From NCBI GenBank assembly GCA_020137815.1, contig CM035357.1:3968001-4032000 (forward strand): 64,000 nucleotides of DNA, written 5' to 3'. The stretch comes from Hormiphora californensis. Its lineage: Eukaryota > Animalia > Ctenophora. A program made the position numbers and the translations under genes. The notes below the pieces were generated by a model that saw only the letters and a list, made by a program, of their open reading frames with translations, made no database searches and was not told the DNA's origin. Below are positions 38,899 through 53,810 of this stretch, one piece after another. How positions within the stretch are numbered: position 1 is the stretch's first letter; each line of letters begins with the position of its first letter.

Positions 38899-39995
38899 AC
38901 TTCAACCTGAGGTCTTGGAGGTCCCATCAAGATAAAAATGTATTGTGGCCATCCAAGATGAAACTTGTTGTGAACTTCAATCCTAAGGGCCCGGAGTCAG
39001 TGACTCAACAAGATGTGTGTTCTGTTTTCTTCGATTGTAGGAGCTGTTATACCGCAGCCCGCAGGACGGACTTGTTTGTTTTATCATATTACAAATTGAA
39101 ACAACTTATTATGGAAATGAGTTGTTTCAATTTGTTGTTGCTCTCGGTTCATAATTGGATCGATTGAGCTCTATCGCGTGCCTAATCGACACTCAATGAT
39201 TGTTTTGTTATGTTATTAGGGTTAGTTTTAGGTTTATCCGACTCAGTTGGTGATGCCATCCCCTCTTCACGCAGCTGGTAGTGGAGGGGTGATTACGTCA
39301 CCAACCAACTCAGCCTGAGATACGAACTATTTCCAAACGTAGCAGTATTCTTTTATTTGCGTATATTTAATGTATTTAACTTTAAGTATGCTCGTTTTTG
39401 CAATGTTTTTATACTGTTTATTCATACAATCTGTTTGACTTATTCTTTATTTACAAAATTAAGTTGTTTTATGTCTATCATCAAAAATTTTCATCAAGAA
39501 TTGGAGATGATGAACAAATTGGTGTGCTTGAAATTGGTGTGCTTGAAGCACTGCTTCTACTATACTCTTTGTAAACTAGAAAAGAAGAGAAAGGAAACAA
39601 CAATCGCTTTGGTGGTGAAGTAAAACAAAACAATTTTTGTACACAAGCAAAAGTTTCATTTCACCGATTCCCGAAGAAATTATTACACACAGCACAAACA
39701 AAATAATAACAAGTTAAGCAACAGTCCCCTGGCACCATAATATATAGTTAACAAAACACAACTTTTATAATTTAGTCAAACCTCGATTCCCCCAACGTCT
39801 TATGTGAGTCCGGTTTATCGAGGTTTGACTGACATGCATATTTTACACATTTTTACAGATATCAGTATCACACAGACCCAAAAATAATGTCACCGGATGA
39901 AAAAACTATTTGATTTTTTTTCATTTTACGTCAAAAAACATCAGCGTTCATGCATACCATTGCATTCAAACATTGAGCGAGTTTCGTTCAATAAG

Positions 39996-42980
39996 TTAAT
40001 TAAGTGACACATACACATTCTGAAGTACGGAGTGTTCATTTTGTTTCCTCATCTGCCCCCAAATTCCACTCACCTTCAACCACACATTTATCCCAACAGA
40101 CACAGACACCGCCCCGCTCAAGATCCACGAACTCATTTCAAAGGAGATGTAGTCCATGAAGAACCCAGCAACAAACATGCCCATGAACACGCTCAGGACC
40201 CACATGACGAGCCAATGGGAGGCCAGGGTGGACCGTTGGGTGGGGGAGAGTTTCCTCCGACAGGTTTCCGTCTGGGTCTGCTCCATGGTAGAGAGGGTGA
40301 CACTGGTAGTAAAGGCGTCCCCTAAACCAATCAGAATGATGGCAGGGTAGCTGATGAAGGGGGAATTCTCGAACAGGAATGGGATGGAGGGTGATGGGAA
40401 GAGTAGAAGCATGCCAAGGAGACTCAGGAGGCTTCCAACGAGGGAAATGGTGTTCAGGGAAAATAGCTTCTTCGCCGATAAGACACCTGTAATTAATTAT
40501 TAATATTACTTATCAATAACTGCCCGTTACTGCTGTTGACCGTTCATATGTTTTGAACATTCGATGTATGTAATGACCTCCCACACCCAGGACGTGTCGT
40601 CAACCCCCCTTCCCCGTTCGTTTAACTGACTAGTTGTATAGTATCCTTCTACGATTGACTCTTACCTGATACGACGAATCCAATTGCAATAGCGATCGAC
40701 TGGACAGAGATAAGGGTTGATGCAGTGGTGCTGTCAATGTCAAAGACATTCGTTAGGTAGGGGACTATCATGGCCAATGCAGCTCCTCCTGCCATGTTGA
40801 TATTGGCCTGGAAAATGGGGGAAATCATTGGGGGATAAACTGAGATTGAAACATAAATAAAATCAAGACAGAGTCTCAAAGCACTATTATACTCTGATCT
40901 CTATCTGAGCACACTGTCTGAGCACACTGTCTTGGCGCACGAACAGAGGGGTACGACATGCCCAACACACTGTCAGGAGAAGGCGGTGTATATTTGTTAA
41001 ATATAAAGTCCATTAGTTAAAAAGATTTCTCAGCAATATACCTGGGCAACAAGAGGAAGATACGCCAAGAGTGATATCCTATCCTCCACCGTCCCAGTGG
41101 GAGATGTTTGTTCCACTATCAGCGTCTCATTCTCGCTTGTTTGTATTTTAACACCAAACTCAGAACTGATCGCAACGCGTCCTCTGGGCATGGTGAAATA
41201 CCCCAGGACCGCAACTAGTGCGATCTGGACACCAATCGCTATGTAGGGCATGTGGTGGCCACTGTAGTTGTACAAGGCTGTTCCGACACCAGAGGATATA
41301 CTGCGTGAAGGGATAAAAAATCAGTTGATATATATGAAACAGACTGAATTCAAATTATAATTTATGTTTCAAAACATGAGTTTCACAACCAAGTAATGGT
41401 GTGATATAAATTACATAATGGGTGTCTACTGACCTGTACCCAATGTAACACGCAGTTCCACATATCAAGCTGCATAGAAGCTGAAAGTGCTCTGGTAGCC
41501 ACACTCTGATCGCCTCTACCATAGTCAGTCCCCACAGGTAGGACGCCACACCAGAGAGAAACCGCAGGAGAGCAGACACCACTGAGTAGACCACGTTGTG
41601 GGCTACACTGTCAGATAGAGCGTAGCAAAATAGTTTGAGGGAGGATGCGCACATGACTCCGAGGAGTATCATGTGAAGTGGGATGTTGTAGCCGTGGTGT
41701 AGCCTAGTAAAGAGAGGGTGGTTGTTAGGGTGGTTGTTAGGGAGGGTTGCAACAGGGCACATATATTGCTCAGTGTGTGATAGTCAGTGAGAGTGCGTCA
41801 TTCTGGATTTCAACCTGGCTGATATTGAAGTAGAAATCTAGAAGTTCAGTGAATCATGCTATGATTTTGAGCGGGATGTTTGTCCTGTTCACTGCATCTT
41901 CTGATAAAACTTAGTGAACATGACAAATGAGAGGTGTCATTCTAATGATATGATGAGTGTGTTGCAAACGACAACCATTGTTGTACTTGATTGTATTTTA
42001 CAGTAAACTCTTGATTTGCTGGGTTCAATTAATCTCTCTTGTACCTCTAACTGCCAAGGCTTTCCCAAATTTTCATAGATCATGATATTGACAATTGTTT
42101 ACCAAACTCTTATCTTCCTTGATCCTGTTTCGCCGCGGGTTTGAACTAAACAAGCCAAACCAAACCAAACCAAACCATAGTTCTCACGATCACAAGTCCG
42201 GTAAATCAAGGGTTTACTGCATTATTTACATGTGAACATGTCTAGAAAAAGTGAGACCATGCCATAATGTGAACACTGAGCGTTCGTGAGTGTGTGACAT
42301 GTGCCCTGTCGCAAAATTTCAAGCAAAACTTGCAAGGATTTGTTCTATACCGGTGAAATACTCCGAGGAGAGGAGCTGCAACGTACCCGATTCCAACACC
42401 TGGAAAGTGAGGGGAGGCGTACACTGGTCACCATTCCTTCCCCTACCGCCACGCCCCTCCCTACCGCCATACCCTGCCCCGCCCCGGTGTTATAGTAGCA
42501 GGGTGTAACTTATAGAATGAGTCTGGATCCCACGCATATATTTAGAGAAACTTAAGTTTCAATTGAACAAAGAGACATTTGTTACACCCTACTACTAATA
42601 GTTTGTTAAGCTTCTCGACACTCGCACACACTCACATGCACTGGCAACTAGGGGACCACCCCGGCCCGATCTATCCCTCTCCAAAACCCCCTTTTCCAAA
42701 ACCTTGGTTAGTAAAAGTTTCCCAAATTATCATGTAACTCGCAGGCAGCACACACGTAGCAGAAAAGAACAGCTCTTATATGCTTGAAGAATTTTGTCGC
42801 TACATGAAGGAGCAGCTAGTTGTGGGACGTATTGGGAACAAAATAACAGGACACTAGGACAGTCTGGGGATTGTTGAGATATGTAGGAATTAGGAAACTA
42901 GGGAAAGAGTCAAGGAAAAAGCCTAGACGGATAGAAAAGAAGCTCATGACTATTATGTTTACTGGCATTTTCGAAAATGG

Positions 42981-43071
<91 letters not shown>

Positions 43072-45749
43072 GAGAGAGATAGCACATTGTATAGCATTGC
43101 ATAGACACACACACACAACCATATCCCAATTTAAAATGCCCGGCCGGTTACATGAGGAATGCAAGCTTTATTTTGCTATGTTTGAGAGCTCTTACCTGAG
43201 GCGACGATACCATAGACCACATTTGATATGTTCCGACCATTGAAGTGGAGTGCCAGAAAACCAGAATTCACCATGGAAACGCTAGAAAGCGATTGTGCAA
43301 TCATCATCAGCACCATGGTAACCACCATCTGTCGGAATGCGGTGGAGGTGAGGCCCCATTTGTATTTGTACTGAATCACAGGAGGATATGATCCTGATCC
43401 CTGTTCCAAAGCCTGGATACCACACGCTGCTGTCTCGATAGGATTAATAGGGGGTGGTGGTTCGGCATCACCATAATCCTTAGTAATCGCCACAACGGTT
43501 TCCTCAGAATTAGGGCCGGGTAGTTTGAATGGGAGAATCAACTCATCGTCACTACTGCTGACGCTGTCGCTCTTTTTCGGCTTCACCTGATCCTCCATCT
43601 CTATCACAGTGATATCGGGTTGTTTATCATCCTCTGCATACCATGTGTCAACTGCAGCTGCTGCTGCCGGAGCGACGACCTCGTGAGGCTTCCATGTAGC
43701 TTCATCCTCTAGCGTGGTGACAGCCGGAGTCTGGTACCATGAGGATTCCGGGGGCGTTTCCGTGGCAACGGGGTTAGGATACCATGAAGATTCTGGGGGT
43801 GTTTCCGTGGCAACGGGGTTCGGGTACCATGAAGATTCTGGGGGTGTTTCCGTAGCAACGGGGTTAGGGTACCATGAGGATTCTGGGGGCGTTTCCGTGG
43901 CAACGGGGTTCGGGTACCATGAAGATTCTGGAGGTGTTTCCGTGGCAACGGGGTTCGGGTACCATGAAGATTCTGGGGGTGTTTCCGTAGCAACGGGGTT
44001 AGGGTACCACTCTGTAGGTTTCGTTTCAGGTTCAGGGGGAGGAGTTTCGTACCAGACTGGTTCTGGTTCGGCGGCTGCAATAGGATTTTGGTACCATTCT
44101 GTCGTTTGTTCGGACTCAATTGATGGTGTTTGATACCATTGGTCAGACTTGATTTCAGGTTCTGTAACTGGAGGGGTTTGGTACCATTCAGGTGTCGCCT
44201 CGGTTTCAGTGTTAACTACAGGAGGGGTCTGGTACCATTGGCCACTTGGTTCACTCTCAGGGACAGAGCACCACTCAGCTGTTTTTTGTTCCGTACTCTG
44301 GTACCACTCACCGGTCGGGGTTTGGAACCACTCCAAGGGTGCTGATTCTGGTTGCGTAACTACTGGAGTTTGGCACCACTCAGTGGCCACAGCTGCAGCA
44401 GGAGTGTGGCACTGTTCAATTTTAGGATCAGGTTCAGTGATCGGGGTTTCGTACCAATTAGTAGAGACTGGTTGATCTGTCTCAGCGATAACTGGAGCTC
44501 CATACCACTCCGAGTTCTCAGTAACAGGTACAGCGCTGCTCCACTGATCAGGTTCAGAAACTGGTACAACACTGCTCCACTCACCTACTGGTTCTGGTAC
44601 CAGCGGAGTTGTATCGTACCACTCTGGAACTGCTGCCGGTGTTTCCTCTTGTGTAGGTGGCGGGGCTTCCACTGGAGTTTCGAACCAGTCTTTAGCAGCT
44701 GGAAGAGGGTCATCCTGATCAGGGACTTCGGTGGTCGGTAAAAGAGGTTCAGTGTACCACTCAGTTTTTAGTCCTTCCTCCCCATCTTCAGCAGTATCGG
44801 GTGTGGGTGGTTCAACGGGTTCTGGGACTAGTGGTGTGGCGGTTAGGTACCATGATGGGTCATTACCTACTTCATCTTTCTCTCCAGCAGCAGACCAGGG
44901 GCCCTCGGTAGTCTGATCTTTTTCCACTGTTTCAGGATTTGCCCAGATAGGCTCTAAGTAAGGTTGTTCGGGAAGGAGAGGCGTGTTTAGATCAGGTTGG
45001 GCTGGTATGGGCTGCTCTGGAACAACAAGGGATGATGATGTTGTTGTGTACCAGTCCTCCGTTGTAGAATGCTCCGTTGTTGTTGTTGGTGGTAGAAGTG
45101 GCGTTGTCAGCCAGTCGGAGCCTTCAATAACCGCTGCTGATGATGCAATGACAGGGGTTTCCACGCCATTGCACCAGGTCTTACTATCAGTTGTTGTTGA
45201 TAGGGTGTCCTCCAGTAATGGTGGTACAGGGTTGGTAGTAGCATACCAGGCATTATCGGTGGACGGTTCACCATGCTCCGGTACCCACTGATCAGATAGA
45301 GGAGTGGGTGTTATAGCTGGTGTCATAATAGTACTGTCCTCTCCAGATGTCTCGGCAAGATCCAGGGTATGGACAGGCTCAGGTTGTAGGACGGGTGCTG
45401 TGGAATACCACTCCGCGGTGGGTTGAGTATCATCAGTTCCTTCGTACCAATCCTTCTCCTCCTCCTTCTTCCATATTGCCTCCTCATCAGATGTTTGGTC
45501 TGGATCAATGTCAGGGATCGGTGTTGTTGTAGCACCATATATGGGCATCACGTGCTGCCCGATTGGTGTTGTATCCGGGTTGTTATACCACTCCTCACCA
45601 GCTGATGTTGCCGTGGTGATGGGTTCCGGGTTGTACCACGTGGTGTGATCCTCCTCGGTGTTGTTGTTGGAGGACTCCCCCGCCTTCCAGACGGATTCTG
45701 AGGAGAGCAGGGGGACCGTGGTATGGGTGGGTGATCCAGCCATTGCCAT
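39996..45749 (-). CDS. MFS transporter (SLC18B1-like) with ~800-aa acidic Trp-Tyr repeat N-terminus
   Basis: Exons ~45749-43196, ~42399-42351, ~41704-41434, ~41301-41042, ~40808-40667 and ~40487-39996. Many TM helices with MFS-like motifs (LLRFLSGV, GTALYNYSGHHMPY, GMFVAGFFMDYISF). Confidence 0.78.
43740..44009 (-). repeat. Coding tandem repeat, 6 x 45 bp (WYPNPVATETPPESS)
   Basis: Visible directly in the DNA and the ORF translation. Confidence 0.92.
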
Positions 45750-46734
45750 AATTGGCGCTGCTGGCAAGCAGAACCTACACAGGGAAGAGAATATATATTG
45801 AAGGTGTTAGATGTTTAAATGGAGAAAAAATGGAGAATAAAAGAACGAAGTAGCGAACAAATTTTAGGTGACAATAACATCAAATGCATTAAGCATTTGC
45901 ACTTAAAAGCCATTAGACACATAACGCAATGAAACATCCAACTTCCTAAAAGTAGCAACAGAAAACATTTAATAAAAAAAGAATAGATCTCTGGACATAG
46001 AAGCTGATTTATTATAACTTGATCATCAATAAAATAAAAAAGTTAAAAGAAAGTTACAACTAATGAGGAAGCATATCATCAATACACCGCCCGGACTACT
46101 ATAATGATCTAGAACAGGAAATGTCAGATATAGAGCAACAAAAGATAGATAACGGGCTGCGGTTGTCGGCAATGTATTCAAGATTTTTCATCCAGGTGAC
46201 TTCCTGATTCGCAGGGAACAAGAAAAAAGAAGAAAAAACTTCCTGATTCGCATGGAACAAGAAAAAAGTTTCAATAAAGCAAACTACTCGGAGACCGTAA
46301 GAGTTAATTTGCGTTTATTAAATCGTCAGAAGGTGAGCGATGGCCAGAGGGAGAGAGAGAGAGAGAGATAGAGATAGAGACACAGACATATATTGATAGA
46401 GAAAGTTAAGTTTCTGCTTCGTAAGATAGCTCTCTAAGAATAGATGGACACACAAACTTCAAGAGAGAGGAGGGAGAGAGCTCAACTGCACATGTGTATG
46501 TCCTCAACTGCCGATTAGCACTGCCTCTCTCGGCGCTCTCCCTCTGTCTGTATGTCTGTATGTCTTCGTCTGGCTCTCTTTGTCACTATCTGTCTGTCTC
46601 CGTCTTCTGGGAGCTTTATTGCTGTCTCTCTCTATCTCTTTCTCCCTCTATCTCTTTCTCTCGCTATCTCCATCTCTGCTAAACCCCTCCCTCTTTCACT
46701 GCCTCTCAGTCTGCCTCGGCTCCGTGCGTCACAG

Positions 46735-46881
<147 letters not shown>

Positions 46882-47302
46882 GAGAGCACTTGTTCTACTC
46901 TCTCCCTCGTCTCCACCAGCCACTGTCCGATTCCTTCACTCATGACTTTGTCAGAGACGGTGGAATTAATAAATGCCAGTAGGCACATACAATGAACTAC
47001 TAATATGAAGCCACCCCTAGGTTACAGAATCCGAATTTGAGAGAGCGGCAATATTTCTTTGTCTCTTACTCAAGGCTAGGTAAAATGTCTCAAGCTAAGA
47101 TTTACCCATTATGTTATTTAGCTGAATATGTACTACATATTATGTAGAGAAGGGCAATAAAATCTCATTTTAAGAGATTTGCAATTAAATCCTAATTTCT
47201 AGTATCCCTTCGCCAAAGAAAAATTATTAAAGTCACATCTGGCTCAATCACAGGAGAAATTATAACTTCCGCCCAAAGCAATGGGCACAGATAGAATCAC
47301 TG

Positions 47303-47393
<91 letters not shown>

Positions 47394-47915
47394 TGGGGCA
47401 TTCTATAAGTAGAATACATGTAGAGAGACTATGATAATTGTAGCAGACATAATCAAAATTTACCGGTAAGAAGGAGAATAAAAGAGATTAATTAATTTCC
47501 ATCCTACCGTATAGCTTGTTCGAATAAAAAACGGTTCAATAGTCAATTATACCTGACGATTAAATTTAATACCGCTAAGTGATGCCGAATAAAAAAGAAA
47601 ATACCTAATTAGGCAAGAAAATGGAGTAAAAAGCAAATTAACAGCCATGATCTTATTTCCATTATCAAAATCAATGGATTATCAACATGGTCATCCTATA
47701 TCACGTACTGTGTATCAAAATACTGTTCTTGAGACGAATTTCTCTCTGTATGACTACATCTCCAATCGACGGTGAGAGCTCTCTTTTCCTATGACTGAAG
47801 CAGTGCTCCTTTATAAAGATAGCCATCACGTGACTATGATCTGATGATCCCTGATAAGTGCTAATAATTAGGCAACTGGATGAAGACACCGTTCTGAAAC
47901 ACACACTCATTATAC

Positions 47916-47946
<31 letters not shown>

Positions 47947-47949
47947 CTT

Positions 47950-47987
<38 letters not shown>

Positions 47988-50266
47988 AGCACTTTTGCTT
48001 AAAAGACCCATCATCCACTTTAACGACATCACACTGTGCCAACGAACAAAAAATAAGCGTTTATCTTTTCTGGCACCACAGCAGGTTGTGGAATCGTTGA
48101 AAATCTTTAGGTTCATAATTTCTACATGTCTCACGGAGCCAGCATATTAAAGTAGAAGGAGTTAGGCAAAGATCCCAGTCTTTATGCATTCATATATCTC
48201 TCATATATATCTAATGACCCATGTTAACTCTATGTGTCATGTAATTACAGTAAACAGATCAGGAGCCAACAATAACCCGCCTAACACACTTTCATGATAG
48301 TCTGCAGAACCTAAGACTGATTAATACTACCTTTTAAACCGCGAAGGTGTGTGGTTACAACTAACTGTTATATTCGCCCTCGACGTGCCGCTGCCAGGAT
48401 TTAAGGCCAATTAACTTTCTAAATCCGGAAGGGAATGCAGCAGTGTCCCCTGATTATCATTAAGTAATTCTGGTTAAATTTAATTGGACGTGATAATTGC
48501 AGGAGGGCGCGGTAAACATCAAGCAATTAATCGACAACCACGAACGAGGGACTATCGAATTAACTCCACCATGGCCTAAAATCCTAACCTGTATTTTTTC
48601 TTTCTCTCTCCCTCTCTCTCTTAGTTCATTATAATAGGAATGACTCGTTTAGTTGAAGGGGGGGGGGGGGTTCTTCTGAAATCTGTCAAACCGGAAATTC
48701 ACCAAAACCAGAAATTTATTGAAACCAGAAATTCACCAAAAACCGGTAATTCTAGCTAAATAGCCCTTTTATCGTCCACGAAGAAAAAACAGGAATAATA
48801 AAGGAAATGCTGGAGTATATTGACAGAGAGAACAATACAGTAGTAAAGAAATAGAGAAGGAGTAGTGAAGAAATAGAGATAGAGACATGAGAGAGACCGA
48901 TAAAAAAGATAGAGAGACGGAGGTCGGAGAAGAAGAAAGAAAGATAAAAAAGAAAGATTTATTATTATATCAAGAAAGAATCTTGGTAAAACTTACGGGA
49001 ACCCTTATGCATGCTGCATATAACAGTCGCTCCTAATACTACAGTGGGAAGATATAATGCTGTGAATCTTGTATGATGAACATATGTCACGTGTCAGCAT
49101 TATTCATATGGCATCGTTCTGGAGATTAATTTTAAGGAGACTTCATTGTAACTTCGATTAAAATATCGTTAAGCATAAATACTGCAGTCGGACCCCGATT
49201 GACCTTGGTATCGAAGATACCAGATCACACTCTTCGTCTAGCTTCGCGACCTTCGTAGGGTGCGCTTCACATGCCGGCAAGGGAGCTGGAGGGGTAACTT
49301 CGTTACCAAGATTGACTAGAGGGCCCAATTTATTCAGTACTGCATGCTGGACACTAAAAAAAAGCATAAATTGACATATTGGACGTTTAGTCCAATATTG
49401 AAATCAGATTTCAGAGCGTAGATAATTGGTTTTTATTAACTAAAAATACAAACGGGTTTTATACTATGAATTATGGATCATCTTTCTAAATTGCAAATCA
49501 GCCCCAATTATCATAGTTTTACTACCATACCCATCCAGCCGCACGGACCGTTGGAGCCCTATATAATTACTGTATTTGAATGATATGTGTCAGTCTGTGA
49601 TTGTACGGCCATCATTGGTGTCAGGTGTGGCCTGTCAGGCCAATGCTCTGACAGGGCCTATTGGTGTACCACACATGTGAATGTGTGAGTTTATGTACTT
49701 CAATTCCAATCTCGAAAACCGTGACCTAATATTGTGCTCTTGCACGCATGGACAAACATTAATCCGACAACGGGATTTCTGGTTTTCCCTACAACAAACA
49801 TACTAACAATAAAATTCAACTGTACTTATATTGCTTACCGAAAAAGAAGTTGCGGAATCGATATGGCATCGGACCCAGAATCCAGATATCAGCTTCGAAT
49901 CCTGTATCAGCATGGGCTATGATTGGAAGATGTGTTTAATTTAATAGACAATCCTGACTTCTGTCAATCTGGAGGCACCGTGGGATCAGGGATGAACTAC
50001 CTAGTACCTATAATAACAGTGTCCAGTGATGAGTGTCAACTGTCACTTTACCAGCAATGCAACACGGGTCTGATCGACTGATCGAGTGATAGTCAGAAAA
50101 CAAAAAGGTTGAAACTTAGACCTTCCGTCCTTCCGCTGATCAAAGTTTCGTTAAAACTTTTGGTTGTTTAAACTGGCTGGGTCTTGAGCTTGAGTCGCCT
50201 GACACTGTGTCACGTGCGGGAGAAAGTATGAACAATTCAAGCTGGGTCTACCGTAGCGGAGCCGGT

Positions 50267-50663
50267 TAGGGTCACCACACACCAAAGTTAAAATTAAAAT
50301 TAAAATTTGACGTTTTTGGTCATAACTCTGCCATTTCTTGGCAAAATTGCTTCCTTTTGGGCTCATTTGAAAGAGGGCATCGAGCCCGTTCTGAAGAGCT
50401 CAAGAAACTTAAAATCGGTGCAGAGTGCGCGGCGTTAAGGCGCATAGTGCGCGCGTTAAAATTTTAAAATTTTAACGCACACATTTTGCACTGTAACGCG
50501 CGCACTTTGCGCAGATTTCAAGTTTCTTGAGCTGTTCAGGAACGGCTCGATGCCCTCTTTCCAACAAGCCCAAAATGAGGCAATTTTGCCAAGAAATGGC
50601 AGAGTTATGAACAAAAACGTCAAATTTTAATTTTAATTTTAACTTTGGTGTGTGGTGACCCCA
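50267..50663. mobile_element. Foldback MITE (~190-bp arms, TAGGGTCACC terminus)
   Basis: gggtcaccacacaccaaagttaaaatt... / ...aattttaactttggtgtgtggtgaccc. No clean TSD. Confidence 0.75.
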
Positions 50664-50758
50664 AGGACAATCAATTGGCAAACTGTCTGGCGGCGCCAAC
50701 CCGTTCTGAGGCGCCGCCAGACAATTGACAAACGCTGCACTGCAGGCCCATCATATCT

Positions 50759-51130
50759 AAGGGGAAACTCTAACTGAATGCACGCACAGTAATGGCGTCC
50801 CATCACTGGTAAAACTCTTGACATGTTCCTTGTCTGTCAGCTCTCACACCGGGCCGAAGGCCCGGTGCGAGCTTACGCGAGCTGACAAGTTAGTGCCGAT
50901 AGACAGACTGCGTAGCATGGCAATAAAACTCTAATTGAATGGAAGGAATGATGGACAGAACGCACGACCATGTTCGTGTGTTTGTCATCGTGCGCTACGT
51001 AAACGACTTTTTTTGGCAAAATTTGTGGTAAATCCTGGCGCGCCCAGAGTGATGGCTCCCATTATCAGTGAGAGTTTTACCAGTGATGGGACGCCATTAC
51101 TGCGCGTGCATTCAGTTAGAGTTTCCCCTT
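50759..51130. mobile_element. MITE with ~60-bp TIRs and central hairpin
   Basis: aaggggaaactctaactgaatgcacgc... / ...gcgtgcattcagttagagtttcccctt, with internal hairpin caccgggccgaaggcccggtg. Confidence 0.75.
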
Positions 51131-52246
51131 ATGTAGCACAAACCTAGATAAGCTTAAGACGGCAAATTTTCATTTGCCGCAGACTTCGTCTAAACGTCTA
51201 AACGGGTTTTGACCCAGAACACTATGTGGTCATGTCCGATAGGCTCGCGAGATCTAGTGATTTTGATAGAAAACGCGCAGTAGAGGCTCAATTTTGACCA
51301 AGATCCAACTCGTGCGCGTTTACGTGTAAAACCACGCGCGACAAGTGGCTTTTAGCATAAATGTCGCATTTAATACATGACCGCATCGGACCGGGTGCGA
51401 TGGAAAGGTTGCATAGTAAATCTCTAGCCCCCTAGCTTTCTTTTGATACCAAAAATTTAGGTTGCGCTTTGAACAGAAGCCAGTTTTTGGCTATAGGACG
51501 ATTTTTGATGCCGTGCTGTCCAAACCTGCGCACTTTCAGCCAAGTTATGGGTTGCAAAATGATCTTTAGACGATTGCCTACAACATGCTACACAATTTCC
51601 AGGGTGTTGACAGCACACGCAAGCGTGCACGCTCCCTGAAAGCGCCTAACAAAATCGCGCAAAACCCCTCAAAACGGAGGATTCCTATCGGACAAATGCG
51701 CGTTTTGACCACATAGTGCAGAAGGGCTTGAGACATACTTGGGATGGGTTCAGACGTCGTTGGAACGGCGTCTAGACGGGCTTGAGACGTACTTCTGAAG
51801 TTTTTTAAACAAACCAATTTCAAGGGGCCTCATCCGTTGGGCGCCGTCAGTCGTTACGATCTGGGTTGTTGAGTAAGGGAAGAGATCTGGGCCCAGGTGT
51901 TTGGAGAATTACAATTTACAGGTGCGTGCTGCCAAAAAAGTACCCTACACTAAAACGGCTCTAACCGCCAAACCACTCAACCGTTTTGGCTAATGTCAAG
52001 CTCTAACCCCAACCCAAACCCCAGCCCTAACCCTAAAAAACCGTGAGTGCTGACACTACAAACGCCCAGATTTTGAGGTTGGCCTCATCCGTCTTTAAAA
52101 ATCTTTGAAACGTCTGAAAAACGGCGCGGAGCAGTGTCTGAAACGGTGTCTTACCGCGCCGGCGCAAATACTATTTAATGTGCTGCTTTTCGAGCCGCGC
52201 ATGGCGCGCGCGAATATTTGACCAAGCAGGCAATCCGAAATTTAAA

Positions 52247-52397
52247 TGAGGCCCCTCGGAAATGTTCAAGTCATGCACAATCAAGTCACGCCCACCAATC
52301 CACAGCTCAGAAACGCGCGAAGCCCTCCGCGCGTTCTGAGCTGTGATTGGTGGGCGTGACTTGATTGTTGCATACTTGAACATTTCGAGGGGCCTCA
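52247..52397. mobile_element. Palindromic ~150-bp MITE; an adjacent second copy is split (52398-52437 + 54828-54936)
   Basis: tgaggcccctcggaaatgttcaag...cttgaacatttcgaggggcctca. Confidence 0.75.
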
Positions 52398-52779
52398 TGA
52401 GACCCCTCGGAAATGTTTAAGCCATGCACAATCAAGTACAATACAATACAATACAAAATATAAATTTATAATCCGCTTTTCAACTTCCGTATTTACGGCA
52501 CAGCACAAGTTCTGGTGCTGGAAGGAATAAAGATCATCGCTTGGCGTCTCCTCTGAAATCCTCAGCAGCCCTCGCTCCAAAAGCGGCTAGCTTTATAACA
52601 AACTTTCATCAACTACAACGTAAAACTATTTATTGAGTGGACAACCGCACGCTACGCCCCTGACGCTGTTAATGTCGGAAACGAAGTACGAGGGTGATAA
52701 CCCTATGATAAAACAATTGAAAGGACAGTAGATAACTTTGTTTCTGAGTTACGGTTGAATTCGACTGATGATCCAACAC

Positions 52780-53607
52780 GATGGTATCACCCAGCCAGTT
52801 TAATCAATGTTTAAACAGATCCAAACTGCACCTGATTCAACGTTAACCAACGACACGTAGCTTCGCCTTGCAAGCACTGGGGTTCTTATTACATTGTCTC
52901 AAGGACCGAACTACGAGTGAAACAATTGAGGCTACTTCGCGTATTTTCCTCTCCAGTATGAAACTTGCCCGAGCAACAATGAACAATTTTAAAACTGTTA
53001 TCAGCGTGGAAACCTCGAGAAGCAGCGCGTGAATGCAAAGAAGACTTGACCGCCATCGTGTTAGCGTGATCGAGCTACAACAAACGGTTATCAACCAACA
53101 GAACCAACAACTCAGTACAGTGACAGCATCGGTGCAGAAGGTGAAAGCCTACTCTACTGTTCTTGCACAGAATTGTGCTGCAACCTCCCCCAAATTGGGA
53201 AAACTGCCACCTTACATCACCCTACTCCGTCCAACAGCCCGGAGAGAGAAGAACCTGGTTGTGTTTGGTCTTCCAGAATAACGGATAGAGTAGCTAAAAC
53301 TACTTTGGACGAACTGTTTGAGGAATGCAAGAGAAACCAAGGTGACAACCACGAAACGCATCGGGGAAGAAACGAGAAGCGCCCTAGACCGCTCTTAGTA
53401 TCACTGGGAAGAGATCGACTCTCCTGGCGCTGCTCAAAAAGCACGAAACCTCAAGGACTCCAAACAGTTTCGGCTGTTTATCTCTCTCCGGACCTAACGC
53501 CCTTGAACTGAAGAGGCAAAAAGTGCTCAGGTCCACTTTGAAACGGTTACGATTAGAGATCCAGACGGCTGTTATTTCATCCGCAATAATGTTTCCAAGT
53601 GGGATAG
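52780..53607 (+). pseudogene. Frameshifted LINE ORF1-like sequence (CR1/L2-type), copy A
   Basis: Coiled coil, then REKNLVVFGLPE, RPRPLLVSL and VYLSPDLTP spread over different frames. No RT follows. Confidence 0.65.
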
Positions 53608-53810
53608 TTCCCTACAAATTAACTATATTTATGCTCATGTTTTGTATCTGTACCACTTTTGAAAGTGAGGAGTGTGTAGAGCGTTGGCTAGTAGTGCATG
53701 CTCCAATATTTTACACTATAAAGTGGTATATATAAATGATTATATTACATTTACATTTACATTACATAGATTATGAAGTAATAGTTTATGTAGGGGACAT
53801 TTAGATAGCG

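Noticed and set aside
43714-44133. Regular 45-bp repeats as a possible CRISPR array or antisense gene
   Set aside because: No unique spacers, eukaryotic context and no cas genes; it is the coding repeat of the minus-strand exon.
52000-52036. ccctaa-like telomeric motifs
   Set aside because: Only two or three degenerate units within repeat-derived DNA.
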